DNA of 64,000 nucleotides from Escherichia coli (GTDB lineage Bacteria; Pseudomonadota; Gammaproteobacteria; Enterobacterales; Enterobacteriaceae): NCBI RefSeq assembly GCF_013122565.1, contig NZ_CP053258.1; one strand, 5' to 3'. Shown piece by piece: positions 55,396 to 64,000 of this stretch (position 1 is its first letter; each line of letters starts with the position of its first letter). The notes under the pieces were generated by a model. It saw only the letters and a program-made list of their open reading frames with translations, ran no database searches and was not told where the DNA came from. The position numbers and the translations under genes were made by a program.

Positions 55396-55475
55396 GTTGC
55401 CTGAAATTTATGCCTTTTAAAATCATGATGTTAGAAGCACTGTTTTTTAACGATGGCGACAAAATGGCGGCAGCG

Positions 55476-55727
55476 TCAAAGAGAGAGCGCCACCTGTCCT
55501 GATTTCATTGGATGCGGCTGAACCGGATTTGACTCTTTTGGCGTTGCAATCGAACGAACAAAAGTTTCATGGGTAACAAAAGTATGGCTGCAGTTAATGT
55601 TCTGGCACTGGTTGTAACGCTCTTTGGTCAATGAAGATACCTGAAAACTGCTGCGAGTATGGGCGGCACTTCCACACAGTGGGCAAATCATCATTTTTCG
55701 AGTTCTCCCCATTTTTGCTAAATTCAC
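55476..55727 (-). CDS. ogr: Ogr/Delta-family zinc-finger late-gene activator (83 aa)
   Basis: CPLCGSAAHTRSS...ERYNQCQNINCSHTF four-Cys motif as in P2 Ogr. Confidence 0.88.
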   Translation of the reverse strand: MNLAKMGRTRKMMICPLCGSAAHTRSSFQVSSLTKERYNQCQNINCSHTFVTHETFVRSIATPKESNPVQPHPMKSGQVALSL

Positions 55728-55784
55728 AATAATGATACCGCATTATTCCATTTTGCAAACTTAAAAGTTCTCCATTGCGAAGAA

Positions 55785-56885
55785 TCATTCCATTTCGAAA
55801 TCATCAATCCTCACTTCGAGCTCCAGACTGGTTGTAAAACCGTTATCGGGGCTGACGGTATGCGTCAGAGTCGTAATGGTCCATTCCGCATCATCTATCG
55901 GCTGTTTAAAGCCACTGACCTTCACAGGCATTTCTGTGTAGAGATCTGCCCGCCCTTCCGCCAGTTGTAGCGAGAATGATGCAACGCCGCGTTGCAGGCG
56001 TTCCCACTGCATTTTCGCTGCCCGTTCAGCGTTGCTCCGGTTGGCATAAGTGCGATTAAGTACCAGCACGTTTTCATCCGTACCCACCAGGTAATCGCCC
56101 TGCTTCGCTTCCGGCTCTTTCTTCTGCTTTGCGGTCCTGCGCTTACGCTTCACCGTGGTGCTTTCTTTCTTCGCGGGTTCGCGGGTATGCAACCAACTGG
56201 CAATTACGCCCGTATAGGCTCCGCGATCTGCCAGGGTAAAGCGGTGACTGTCGCCGTCCTTGCGTGTGATAGTGATCACCGGCAGAGGTTTACCGCTGGC
56301 GCTTTTGCCCTGTCCCTGCCGGATGAATAACAGATTGCCATTTTTCACCGACGCAATAGCACCGTACTGGCGCGCCAGCCGCATCAGAAAACTGCCGTCA
56401 CTCTCATTGGTCTGGTCTATATGTTCCACGGGCTTATCCGACAGGTCTTTACCCAGTGCCATCTTCAGCTTGTGCCGCGCGGCTATTTCCTTCACCACTT
56501 CCCCGACAGTGGTCTTGTGCCACGATTTTTCACGGCGGGTATTCAGCGTTTCCCTAAAATCAGCACTTCGCGCCCGGATAGTCAGGCGATCCGGTGCGCC
56601 AGTGTGTTCAATCTCGTCCACCGTGAATGCCCCTTTCGGGAAAAGCGGCTGCCCCTTCCAGCCCAGCGCCAGCGTGATGACCGCACCACGGCGCGGCAGC
56701 ACGATTTTTCCGTCGGCGTCGTCCAGCTCCAGATCAAGCTGGTCTGCTTCAAAGCCCCGATTGTCCGTCAACGTCAGACTCATCAGGCGGTTATCCAGCA
56801 CAGTGGTGATATCCTTCCCCTCAATACTGATGCTGAATGCGGGAGTTTTGTTGCATTTGTTAAGCAGTTCAGAGCTGAAATTCAC
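55785..56885 (-). CDS. P2 gpD-like tail protein (366 aa)
   Basis: Strong similarity to P2 gpD as recalled (ISLTLTDNRGFEADQLDLELDD, RGAYTGV, VKVSGFK). Confidence 0.88.
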   Translation of the reverse strand: MNFSSELLNKCNKTPAFSISIEGKDITTVLDNRLMSLTLTDNRGFEADQLDLELDDADGKIVLPRRGAVITLALGWKGQPLFPKGAFTVDEIEHTGAPDRLTIRARSADFRETLNTRREKSWHKTTVGEVVKEIAARHKLKMALGKDLSDKPVEHIDQTNESDGSFLMRLARQYGAIASVKNGNLLFIRQGQGKSASGKPLPVITITRKDGDSHRFTLADRGAYTGVIASWLHTREPAKKESTTVKRKRRTAKQKKEPEAKQGDYLVGTDENVLVLNRTYANRSNAERAAKMQWERLQRGVASFSLQLAEGRADLYTEMPVKVSGFKQPIDDAEWTITTLTHTVSPDNGFTTSLELEVRIDDFEME

Positions 56886-57367
56886 GACAGCAGCCCTCCC
56901 ACCGTTTTACTGATATCGCTTAAGGCAGACGTTGCCGTATCCTGCAAATTATTCAGTTGAGTACTGAGATCACCGAACATATCGGACAGGGATTCATCCA
57001 CCCGTTTGAGCGACAGGGTAAACTCAATCCGGCGCGGCATACCATCGCGGAAAAACTCCGTTTTAGTCTGATTCAGTCCCTCAATCACATACATGCCGTA
57101 AATCGTGCCGCTGCCTTCAATCAGGGGCCATGCTTTTCCCTGTTCTGCCATCTGCTCCAGAGCCAGCAACGACAGCCTGCCGCCCGTTATCTCCGGCATA
57201 AGAACACCAGAAAGCGTCAGCATGTCGTTGTCCGGTCCCAGAAACTGCGTGGACGGACGACGGTTTACCCGGCTGTTTGCCGCATGTCGCCAGCTGCGTT
57301 GATACTGCAGTTCCTGATACGGAACGGTGCGCAGCATAAACGCGTACAATCCCAGCACCATCATCAT
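56882..57367 (-). CDS. P2 gpU-like tail protein (161 aa)
   Basis: Position between D and T plus P2 gpU-like sequence. Confidence 0.85.
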   Translation of the reverse strand: MMMVLGLYAFMLRTVPYQELQYQRSWRHAANSRVNRRPSTQFLGPDNDMLTLSGVLMPEITGGRLSLLALEQMAEQGKAWPLIEGSGTIYGMYVIEGLNQTKTEFFRDGMPRRIEFTLSLKRVDESLSDMFGDLSTQLNNLQDTATSALSDISKTVGGLLS

Positions 57368-60300
57368 GCGTCGTATCCCCCCTGATCGCTGTAGTTACTC
57401 CTGGCTTTTGCCTTCAGCCTGCGTTCACGTTCATCAAGCTGGCGTGCCACCTCCCGCGCAATATCCTGCGCACTTTGTCCTGGCTGCGTCTGAATGATGA
57501 TCTGCGTCGGTGCCTCAATCCGGTGAACGGGCGGCACAGTGGCTGCACGACTCACCATCGCTTCGCCGCCTTTCGCGGGAAGTGCCAAAGGATGCAACGG
57601 TGGAAGTTCTGCAGGCGCGGCAGCAACGCCCATCATTCCGGCAACAACGGCAGCCAGTGCAGCTGTATTTCTCCGGCTGGTCACATTTGCCGGGCCGTTA
57701 ACAATTTCCGGCCCGTTTTCACCGACGATGCCAAACTGCCCGCGCGGGATATAGCCGCCGCTGTCATACATCCCCGCAAAGCCATATCCCCATGACGGAA
57801 AACCACCCGATGGCATCATCACTTTACCGTCTGCATTCACCGTCGCAGGTTGCTGACGCGTCACTCTTTCCGGCAGTTTCGCCTTTGCAGCCTCTTTACT
57901 GACAATGCCGAGTTTCTCCAGCAACCAGGAAACGCCGGATTTCAGGGAGTCCAGCGGATGCATGACCATATTCAGCCCTTCCGCCAGTGCCTCCCCGAAT
58001 CGTCGCCCCATTGCCGCTGCGCTCTGCAGTTCGGCAGAGGTCGACTTAACGGGCGTCAGCAGATCAGTAAACCAGCCCCACAACGCCTGCACTTTGTCGC
58101 CAATCCACTGAAACACAGGCTTAAGTGGTTCGAATGCTGCACTGATGGGACCTGCCGCCGCTTTGAATCCTTCCACCACACCAGCGAGAAATGCGGTGAT
58201 GGGTTGCCAGTATTTCCAGACAACCAGCGCCACGCCCGCCAGTGCAGTAACCACAAGACCTATCGGACTGAGCAGAGCACCTAACAGACCAGATATGGCA
58301 TACAGGGCAACGCGCAGCATCGCCAGCGGACCGGATGCCAGTACTCGCAGCACCGAGCCTGCGGCAGCCAGTCCACCGCGTAGTGCTGCCAGTGGATTCA
58401 TAAACATCACAGCAACAGCACGTAAACCGGATAATCCAGACCGCAACAGTGCAACCGGCACACCTGCTACAGTTTTCAGGACATTCCCCGTCAGTGATGC
58501 CGTGCGGCGCAAAGACGACAACGGCGCAGTAAGTAAACCCGCTGCGTTGCCCGATGAAGCAAGCCCGCGTCGCAGCAGTGCCAGTGGAGCGCCAGCTAAC
58601 CAGGACAACGCGCTGCTGGTTCGTGTTACTGCTGCCGTAACGGAAGATAACGTTTTGATACCCAGCACAGAGAATCCCAGACGGATGACTGCCAGCGGCC
58701 CCAGCACTGCAGCCAGCGCCACCGCTAAGGTGCCGAGGCCTACGGTAACCGCAGCCACAACAGCAGCTACTTTCATCAGTGTGCCTGTCAGTTCCGGGTT
58801 AGCTTCCACCCAGCGGCGCAACGCCCCCGTGATGCTTTTCACCGTGTACAGAATATCCATCAGCGGCTGGCGCAGCATTTCGCCCAGGCTGCTGAAGGTG
58901 TTCTGCGCTCCGGTTTTGACCAGCAACCACTGAGCGGAAAGTGAGTCCTTGTTAATGTCGGATTCTTTCTGCATGGAACCGAGCGCATCATTGCCCGCTG
59001 TCAGTTTTAGCTGGCGCTGCAGTTCCGGAAGGTTGTTTGCCAGTTTCGCCGCATCATCACCAAACTCTTTACCAAACAACATGGTCATGGCAGACAGACG
59101 CTTGTCCTGCGGCAGTGCGTTCACCTTCTCCAGCACACGCTGGATAGTTCCCATCGCATCCTTCGTCATCTGCTTTTCAATCACTTCAGGATTGAGTTTC
59201 AGCAGATTCATCCCTTCAAAGAAACTCTTGCTTTGCATGGTGGCAATGGACAATTCACGCACCATCGCGTTTGCTGCACTGGCTGCAACCTCCGGCGCAG
59301 CGCCCAGTGTCAGAAAGGTGGAACCCAGTGCCGCCGCTTTACGATAATCCAGACGGTCAGCCACACCGCCCAGACGTTGCATCACATCAATGATGTCCGC
59401 CCCTTTCGACATGGCGTTATCATCCAGATAGTTCAGCGCATCGCCGAGCTGTTCAATATTGCGGGTTGGTATTTTGTAGAGCTGGGCGATTTTCCCCAGA
59501 CTTTCTGACAGTTCATCCGCTGGCAGCTCAAAGGCTGTTGCCGCCTTTGCTGCCGTACTGGCGAAGGCCAGCAGGTCACGTTTCTGGTCTTCCCAGCTGT
59601 CGTCAGGGTTTGCGACGTTCATGCGCGCACCACCTTCAACCAGTGCAGCGAAGTCCACCGCACCGTTTTCCATCGGCAACTGTTCGCTGGCAGCCTTGAT
59701 GGCATCCTGCATTTCATAAAAACGTGCAGTGCGGTTGCCATTATCGTCACGCAGACCATTGACCTGCTTTGCCACACCTTTCATGGCATCTTCCATGCTG
59801 GTATAGCTTTTTACTGCCGCCATCACTGGCGCACCCATTGCCAGCCCTGCAGCCGTGGTAGTGGCTCCGGCTCCTGCGATGCGATCGCGCACTTCAAGCC
59901 GTCTTGAGTATTGTTCTCTGGCAGCGTTCATCCGTGCCTGTTGTTCACCCAGACGTTTAAGTGCTTTTTGCTGGCCCTCCAGTGCCTGCCTTGTTTCTTC
60001 AGCATTTTTCTTAAGTTCTCGCTGGGCACTACTGAGTTGTCTGGTATCAATCCCTGATTCTTTAAGTGCCTGACGTTGTCTCTGGACCGCCCCCAACAAG
60101 CCGTTATAGGTCTGCTGAAGTTCCTGTACTCGTGTTTTGGCCTGACTGAATAACTTTGCCTGCGCGGCGGTTGGCCTGTTAGTGGCAGCAAATTGTGTGG
60201 CGAGTTTTGCCGCCTCTTCGCGGGCTGCGTTCAGGTTGTTGGCTGTTATGGCTAGTTGCGAGCGCGTCTTGCGAAATTCATCAATTCTGCCAGCCTGCTT

Positions 60301-60441
60301 ATTCAGTTCTTTGAGGCTGTTTCGGGTATTCTGAATTGCGCCAGCCAGCTCTTTCGAACTGGCCTGTGCAGCACGGAATGGGCGGGTGAGTTTGTCAACC
60401 GCATTAAGAATGACCTGCAGGCGCAGGTTATTATCACTCAT
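57364..60441 (-). CDS. Tail tape-measure protein, P2 gpT-like (1025 aa)
   Basis: Long Ala/Leu-rich protein with coiled-coil N-terminus, located between E/E' and U. Confidence 0.88.
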   Translation of the reverse strand: MSDNNLRLQVILNAVDKLTRPFRAAQASSKELAGAIQNTRNSLKELNKQAGRIDEFRKTRSQLAITANNLNAAREEAAKLATQFAATNRPTAAQAKLFSQAKTRVQELQQTYNGLLGAVQRQRQALKESGIDTRQLSSAQRELKKNAEETRQALEGQQKALKRLGEQQARMNAAREQYSRRLEVRDRIAGAGATTTAAGLAMGAPVMAAVKSYTSMEDAMKGVAKQVNGLRDDNGNRTARFYEMQDAIKAASEQLPMENGAVDFAALVEGGARMNVANPDDSWEDQKRDLLAFASTAAKAATAFELPADELSESLGKIAQLYKIPTRNIEQLGDALNYLDDNAMSKGADIIDVMQRLGGVADRLDYRKAAALGSTFLTLGAAPEVAASAANAMVRELSIATMQSKSFFEGMNLLKLNPEVIEKQMTKDAMGTIQRVLEKVNALPQDKRLSAMTMLFGKEFGDDAAKLANNLPELQRQLKLTAGNDALGSMQKESDINKDSLSAQWLLVKTGAQNTFSSLGEMLRQPLMDILYTVKSITGALRRWVEANPELTGTLMKVAAVVAAVTVGLGTLAVALAAVLGPLAVIRLGFSVLGIKTLSSVTAAVTRTSSALSWLAGAPLALLRRGLASSGNAAGLLTAPLSSLRRTASLTGNVLKTVAGVPVALLRSGLSGLRAVAVMFMNPLAALRGGLAAAGSVLRVLASGPLAMLRVALYAISGLLGALLSPIGLVVTALAGVALVVWKYWQPITAFLAGVVEGFKAAAGPISAAFEPLKPVFQWIGDKVQALWGWFTDLLTPVKSTSAELQSAAAMGRRFGEALAEGLNMVMHPLDSLKSGVSWLLEKLGIVSKEAAKAKLPERVTRQQPATVNADGKVMMPSGGFPSWGYGFAGMYDSGGYIPRGQFGIVGENGPEIVNGPANVTSRRNTAALAAVVAGMMGVAAAPAELPPLHPLALPAKGGEAMVSRAATVPPVHRIEAPTQIIIQTQPGQSAQDIAREVARQLDERERRLKAKARSNYSDQGGYDA

Positions 60442-60567
60442 CGTTGGCCCCGCTTCTCTGAATCGCTTTATACCGCCATTCCAGCACTTCGGTCAGCGGC
60501 ATAACGTCAGTAACGGATGGCGGCCAATGAAAGATGGTGGCGATATCAGCCACCAGATCGTCAACCG

Positions 60568-60870
60568 TCAGGCTGTCGGTAAACCGGCAAGTACCGACTT
60601 CTTCAACAAAAAAGTGACAACCTCAACCGACATAGCGGTGAGATCTGCCGGGTCCATCTCTGCAATTTCCTGTGCAGTCAGTGCCGGGCTGGAGATGCGG
60701 GGGATCACGGTCATCATCGCGTTCACATCCATATCCATAATAGCCTGCAGGCGTGTACCGCGCAGTGCACCGGACTGCGGTTTACGCAGCACAATTTCGG
60801 TGATTTCCGTTTTACCGCGCTTGATAGGGGTATCCAGTTGAATAGTCTTTTCAGTCTGCTTATCGCTCAT
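60568..60870 (-). CDS. Tail assembly chaperone, P2 gpE-like (100 aa); the E+E' frameshift product would extend to 60434
   Basis: ORF track protein; slippery TTTTTTG at 60607-60613 (minus strand) within codons act-ttt-ttg. Confidence 0.85.
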   Translation of the reverse strand: MSDKQTEKTIQLDTPIKRGKTEITEIVLRKPQSGALRGTRLQAIMDMDVNAMMTVIPRISSPALTAQEIAEMDPADLTAMSVEVVTFLLKKSVLAGLPTA

Positions 60871-60924
60871 TTTTCTGTCCTGTAAATTGGGTTCTGGCGC
60901 GGAATCCCGCGCTGCTCAGATACA

Positions 60925-61440
60925 TCAAAGGCCGAGGGCGTTGCGGTGCGCTTCCATCAGGTCCACGCCGTCCACAATTTCCACCATGTTGATAAGGTCC
61001 ACTTCATAGAGCACCTCACCATTGATAGTCAGCTTCGCGTAGCTGTTGGTACTGGTCACTTTGGTGGTGTTGCTTTCGCCCGTCTTCCACTCGCCGGAAT
61101 CCACTTCTTTGTGACGTCCACGCACCACAAGCTCCACGGCCTGCACTTCTCCGGTATCGTCACGCTGGATAGAGCCGGTAAAGCGCAACTGGATGCCATC
61201 CACCGTGGCTTTGCCCATCTGCTTAAACAGCAGCAGTTCAGTACCACCAATGGAAAATTCTGTGTCCAGCGCACTGTCATCAAGCCCCAGATCCACATCA
61301 ACTGCACCAGGCATTCCGCCGCCGCGATACTTCTCATATTTGCGGGTGAATTTCGGCAGCGTCAGCGACTCTACGATCCCCTGCCAGTTGTTCCCGTCGT
61401 TAAACAGGTTCAGATGTTTTAATTTGCGTGGTAAAGCCAT
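60925..61440 (-). CDS. Tail tube protein, P2 gpFII-like (171 aa)
   Basis: ORF track protein, synteny with FI. Confidence 0.88.
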   Translation of the reverse strand: MALPRKLKHLNLFNDGNNWQGIVESLTLPKFTRKYEKYRGGGMPGAVDVDLGLDDSALDTEFSIGGTELLLFKQMGKATVDGIQLRFTGSIQRDDTGEVQAVELVVRGRHKEVDSGEWKTGESNTTKVTSTNSYAKLTINGEVLYEVDLINMVEIVDGVDLMEAHRNALGL

Positions 61441-61449
61441 GTTATCCCC

Positions 61450-62622
61450 TTACGCGCTGACCTGGCTGGCGAAATTCACCAGGTACTGATCGGTGATGCG
61501 CTGGCGCAGCATCAGATTTTCAAGTGGTGGCACTGGCGTGTAGTCATAGTCGATGGTGAGTTTTCCGGCTTTCAGCGTGTCTTTGTCGTTCACTGACTCG
61601 TCCAGCCAGCAATCACCACCAATGAGATAGCCCTGACTGACCAGGCTGCGCATTTTGGCGCGGATGCCCTCGATAATGTCGCGCGCCAGCGACGGGTTCA
61701 GCGGTTTGTCCACCGCCCACATGTGCGCTTCTGCCATTGTGTCCGTCAGCACCTGCGCCGTGCGGGTGTAGTTTTCGAAGGCAAAAAGCGGATCATCGCT
61801 CAGACAGCGGGAACCCCAGAAGCGGAAACCATCCTTGCGCACAAGCGTGGTGACGTCGTTCTGGTTAAGCAGTCCCGCATCGGTTGCCGGGTCCTGCAGA
61901 TCCCAGAACACATCAGCAGAAATTCCGGTGACACCGTTCACGCCCACGTTGGACAGGCTTTTGTGCCACCCGGTCTGCTCATCAATTTTGGCGCGCAGAC
62001 CGAGCGCACGAGCGGTGGCATATGCCGTTGCTTCGGCATTCAGCACCGTGTCCCAGCCAGTAAAGTCAGGCCAGATCAGCATCCCTTCGCGCTGGCTGAA
62101 GTTTTCGCGGTAAGTGATCGCCTCCTGCACTGTCTTGCAGCCATACGCTGACAGGTAAGCAAACCCACGCAGGCTTTGCGCCACTCTCAGCAACTCAGTC
62201 GCAACGGCTTTGTTATCGTGGCCTGGCACGCCGAGAATGCGCGGTTTAACGCCGAGCTGTAACTGGGCAGATAACAGAGCTTTCATGCCTGTTTTTTTAC
62301 CTTCAGCAGTCACTGCGCCGATGATATTGGTCGTGGTTTCTTCTTCCGTTTCCCCCTGCGGCACACGCACAACAACGGTCACGGGTTTTGCCTGGTCAGC
62401 GATGGCATCCAGCGAACGGGCCAGCGTGCCGGACTCACCCGCTTTACCGCTGGCAGTCAGCACATCAGTGATCAGCACGGGTTTATTAAGAGGAAACATT
62501 TTTGCATCGGCATCATCGCCCGTGCAGACCATACCCACGATGGCGGTGCTCACCGTGGTAATGGATCGGGTGCCTTCGTTGACTTCAACAACGCGCACTC
62601 CGTGGTGGTAATCCTGAGCCAT
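61450..62622 (-). CDS. Contractile tail sheath protein, P2 gpFI-like (390 aa)
   Basis: ORF track protein [32 protein letters not shown]. Confidence 0.9.
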   Translation of the reverse strand: MAQDYHHGVRVVEVNEGTRSITTVSTAIVGMVCTGDDADAKMFPLNKPVLITDVLTASGKAGESGTLARSLDAIADQAKPVTVVVRVPQGETEEETTTNIIGAVTAEGKKTGMKALLSAQLQLGVKPRILGVPGHDNKAVATELLRVAQSLRGFAYLSAYGCKTVQEAITYRENFSQREGMLIWPDFTGWDTVLNAEATAYATARALGLRAKIDEQTGWHKSLSNVGVNGVTGISADVFWDLQDPATDAGLLNQNDVTTLVRKDGFRFWGSRCLSDDPLFAFENYTRTAQVLTDTMAEAHMWAVDKPLNPSLARDIIEGIRAKMRSLVSQGYLIGGDCWLDESVNDKDTLKAGKLTIDYDYTPVPPLENLMLRQRITDQYLVNFASQVSA

Positions 62623-62764
62623 AGTGGCGAACCTCCTGATTGGATTAGGCTTCGCCCTATGTTGAAGTGATTGTGCCTGACAAACAGCTAAGCGCAGTTG
62701 TGTCGTTATTCACACAAAATAACGGTATTTGTCCGCTTACAGGAAAAATCAAAATAATGCTGAC

Positions 62765-63336
62765 TCAGGGCGATTCATTGTTCTCATTCGCCAGAAATTT
62801 TCTATAAATGGTAGAAACGCCCACATCAAAAATCAGTGCAATACGCTGTCTTGATTCTCCGGCCTCGAGTAAACGTCCAATCTGTGCCCACTGTTCGGTA
62901 GTCAACTTAGGACGGCGTCCACCTACTCTGCCTTTAGCACGAGCTGCAGCCAGCCCTTCCCTGGTACGTTCAACTATCAGTTCGCGTTCCATTTCAGCCA
63001 GGGCACCCATGACATGAAAAAAGAAACGGCCCATTGGGGTACTGGTATCAATACTGTCAGTCAGACTTCTGAAATTCACGCCGCGCTGGCGCAACTCTTC
63101 TATCAGAGTAACAAGATGCGCATACTGCGCCCCAACCTGTCCAGCTTCCAGACAACCAGTGTGTCACCTGCCGATAGTGTCCTGAGCAGCTTTTTCAGCC
63201 CTGGTCTGTCGGACTTGGTGCCACTGATTTTATCCTCAAAAATCCGCTCACATCCCGCGCAGTTCAGTGCATTACGTTGCAAATCGGTGTTCTGGTCATT
63301 TGTTGACACGCGTACATAGCCAATAAGCATGATCAT
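62765..63336 (-). pseudogene. Serine DNA invertase (Hin/Gin/Pin family) interrupted by a frameshift
   Basis: ORF 63103..63336 gives the catalytic N-terminus (GYVRVSTNDQ, VWKLDRLGRS); ORF 62765..63094 gives the rest (GVNFRSLTDSIDTSTPMGRFFFHVMGALAEMERELIVERT) in another frame; restoring one c in atgcgc-atc near 63108 would join them. Confidence 0.8.
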
Positions 63337-63357
63337 CCCTCTGAATAAAAACCGGAG

Positions 63358-63756
63358 ATGATGCCAGTTAGCCGTAATCTCTGCATTTTCATAAACGTTG
63401 GTTTGGGAGAAGCGGCGAAAAGGGATGTGGGCACAGGAGATAATCAGATACCGGATATGGGAGCATTCGCTTCTGGTTCGGGATGGTTCAGGCTACCAGG
63501 TGGATATATTGTTCAGTTTGGCACTTTTTCAGGAAACACGACCCGCTTTATCAGTGGACACTTCCCTATACCATTCCCTAATCAGCCGATGGTTTCAGTC
63601 AGTGTTATGTCTGATGCCGTTCAGTCAGACCCGTCGATTCCTGCCCCGCAGGTTTTGTCTGTAAATTTTGAACATATCAGTAATTCAGCGTGGCGTGTGG
63701 CAACCAGTGATATCTCACAGCAATACAGATTCAGTTATATTTCGATAGGACGGTAG
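63358..63756 (+). CDS. Putative tail-fibre variable C-terminal segment in the non-expressed orientation (132 aa ORF)
   Basis: ORF reads through the crossover site and away from the tail operon; tail-fibre-tip-like sequence; position mirrors the Mu G-segment Sv' arrangement. Confidence 0.5.
   Translation: MMPVSRNLCIFINVGLGEAAKRDVGTGDNQIPDMGAFASGSGWFRLPGGYIVQFGTFSGNTTRFISGHFPIPFPNQPMVSVSVMSDAVQSDPSIPAPQVLSVNFEHISNSAWRVATSDISQQYRFSYISIGR
63385..63410. promoter_or_regulatory. Invertase crossover site (gix/hix-like, 26 bp)
   Basis: Reverse complement TTCTCCCAAACCAACGTTTATGAAAA fits the TTC-N4-AAACC-NN-GGTTT-N-GA-AA pattern of hix/gix sites with one core mismatch. Confidence 0.65.
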
Positions 63757-63758
63757 AA

Positions 63759-64000
63759 ATGCAGAAATATATTTTCAGTGCCGATAAAAATGCGTTTTTC
63801 CCTGTGGAGCTTAAAATCGCTTATCAGGAATCCGGCGAATGGCCCGATGATGGAATCGAAATTGACGACACTGTTGCCGCCGAATTTATGAAGGAAGCAC
63901 CAGAAGGAAAATACAGAGGTGTCATCGACGGAATGCCTGCATGGATTGATATTCCACCGCCAACTCATGAGGAACAAATTGCCGCAGCCGAATTGGAAAA
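63759..64000 (+). CDS. Putative tail-fibre assembly protein, partial (runs off window end)
   Basis: ATG at 63759, MQKYIFSADKNAFFPVELKIAYQESGEWPDDGIEIDDTVAAEFMKEAPEGKYRGVIDGMPAWIDIPPPTHEEQIAAAELE, open to window edge. Confidence 0.55.
   Translation, partial: MQKYIFSADKNAFFPVELKIAYQESGEWPDDGIEIDDTVAAEFMKEAPEGKYRGVIDGMPAWIDIPPPTHEEQIAAAELE

Larger units (their letters stand above)
55396..64000. mobile_element. P2-like prophage, right arm (tail and late-control module), partial; left boundary within 55396-55475
   Basis: Colinear ogr, D, U, T, E/E', FII, FI homologues on the minus strand, then an invertase and tail-fibre segment; starts directly after rybB. Confidence 0.85.

Noticed and set aside
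57475-60191. ORFs antisense to or frame-shifted within the tape-measure gene (e.g. 58145..58933+, 58949..59347+)
   Set aside because: Alternative frames of a long Ala-rich gene; typical spurious ORFs
60386-60841. ORF 60386..60841(+), 151 aa
   Set aside because: Opposite strand to gpE/E'; the region is explained by the E/E' frameshift arrangement

Overview
Escherichia coli chromosomal segment (about 51% GC core backbone), read mostly in reverse orientation relative to the K-12 map. Gene order: ftsK (3' end off window), lrp, trxB, cydDC, aat, infA, serW, clpA-clpS, cspD, macB-macA, ybjX, ybjD, aqpZ, lysO, hcp-hcr, poxB, ltaE, ybjT, ybjS, amiD-ybjQ, ybjP, artPIQM, artJ, rlmC, ybjO, potIHGF, ybjN-rimK-nfsA-ybjC, grxA, ybjM, ybjL, rybB. 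Gene calls rest on recognising the translated proteins in the ORF track and on manual start-codon checks; no searches were run. Four accessory insertions interrupt this backbone. (1) The main candidate for an undescribed system is a ~2.6 kb strongly AT-rich island between ybjQ and ybjP, carrying two overlapping minus-strand genes of unknown function, one with a long pentapeptide-repeat tract. (2) A ~3.5 kb island between artJ and rlmC encodes an ascorbate-family PTS IIC/IIB pair and a Cys-type sulfatase with no signal peptide, next to a perfect 17-bp-arm palindrome. (3) A P2-like prophage tail module (ogr, D, U, T, E/E', FII, FI, a frameshifted DNA invertase and a tail-fibre inversion segment) begins directly 3' of rybB and runs off the window end. 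(4) Downstream of serW lie a degenerate duplicate of the tRNA 3' end and an orphan type I-F CRISPR mini-array (3 repeats, 2 spacers, no cas genes). Also noted: an expanded 39-bp tandem repeat in the ftsK linker and a GC-rich hairpin-dense element upstream of lysO.
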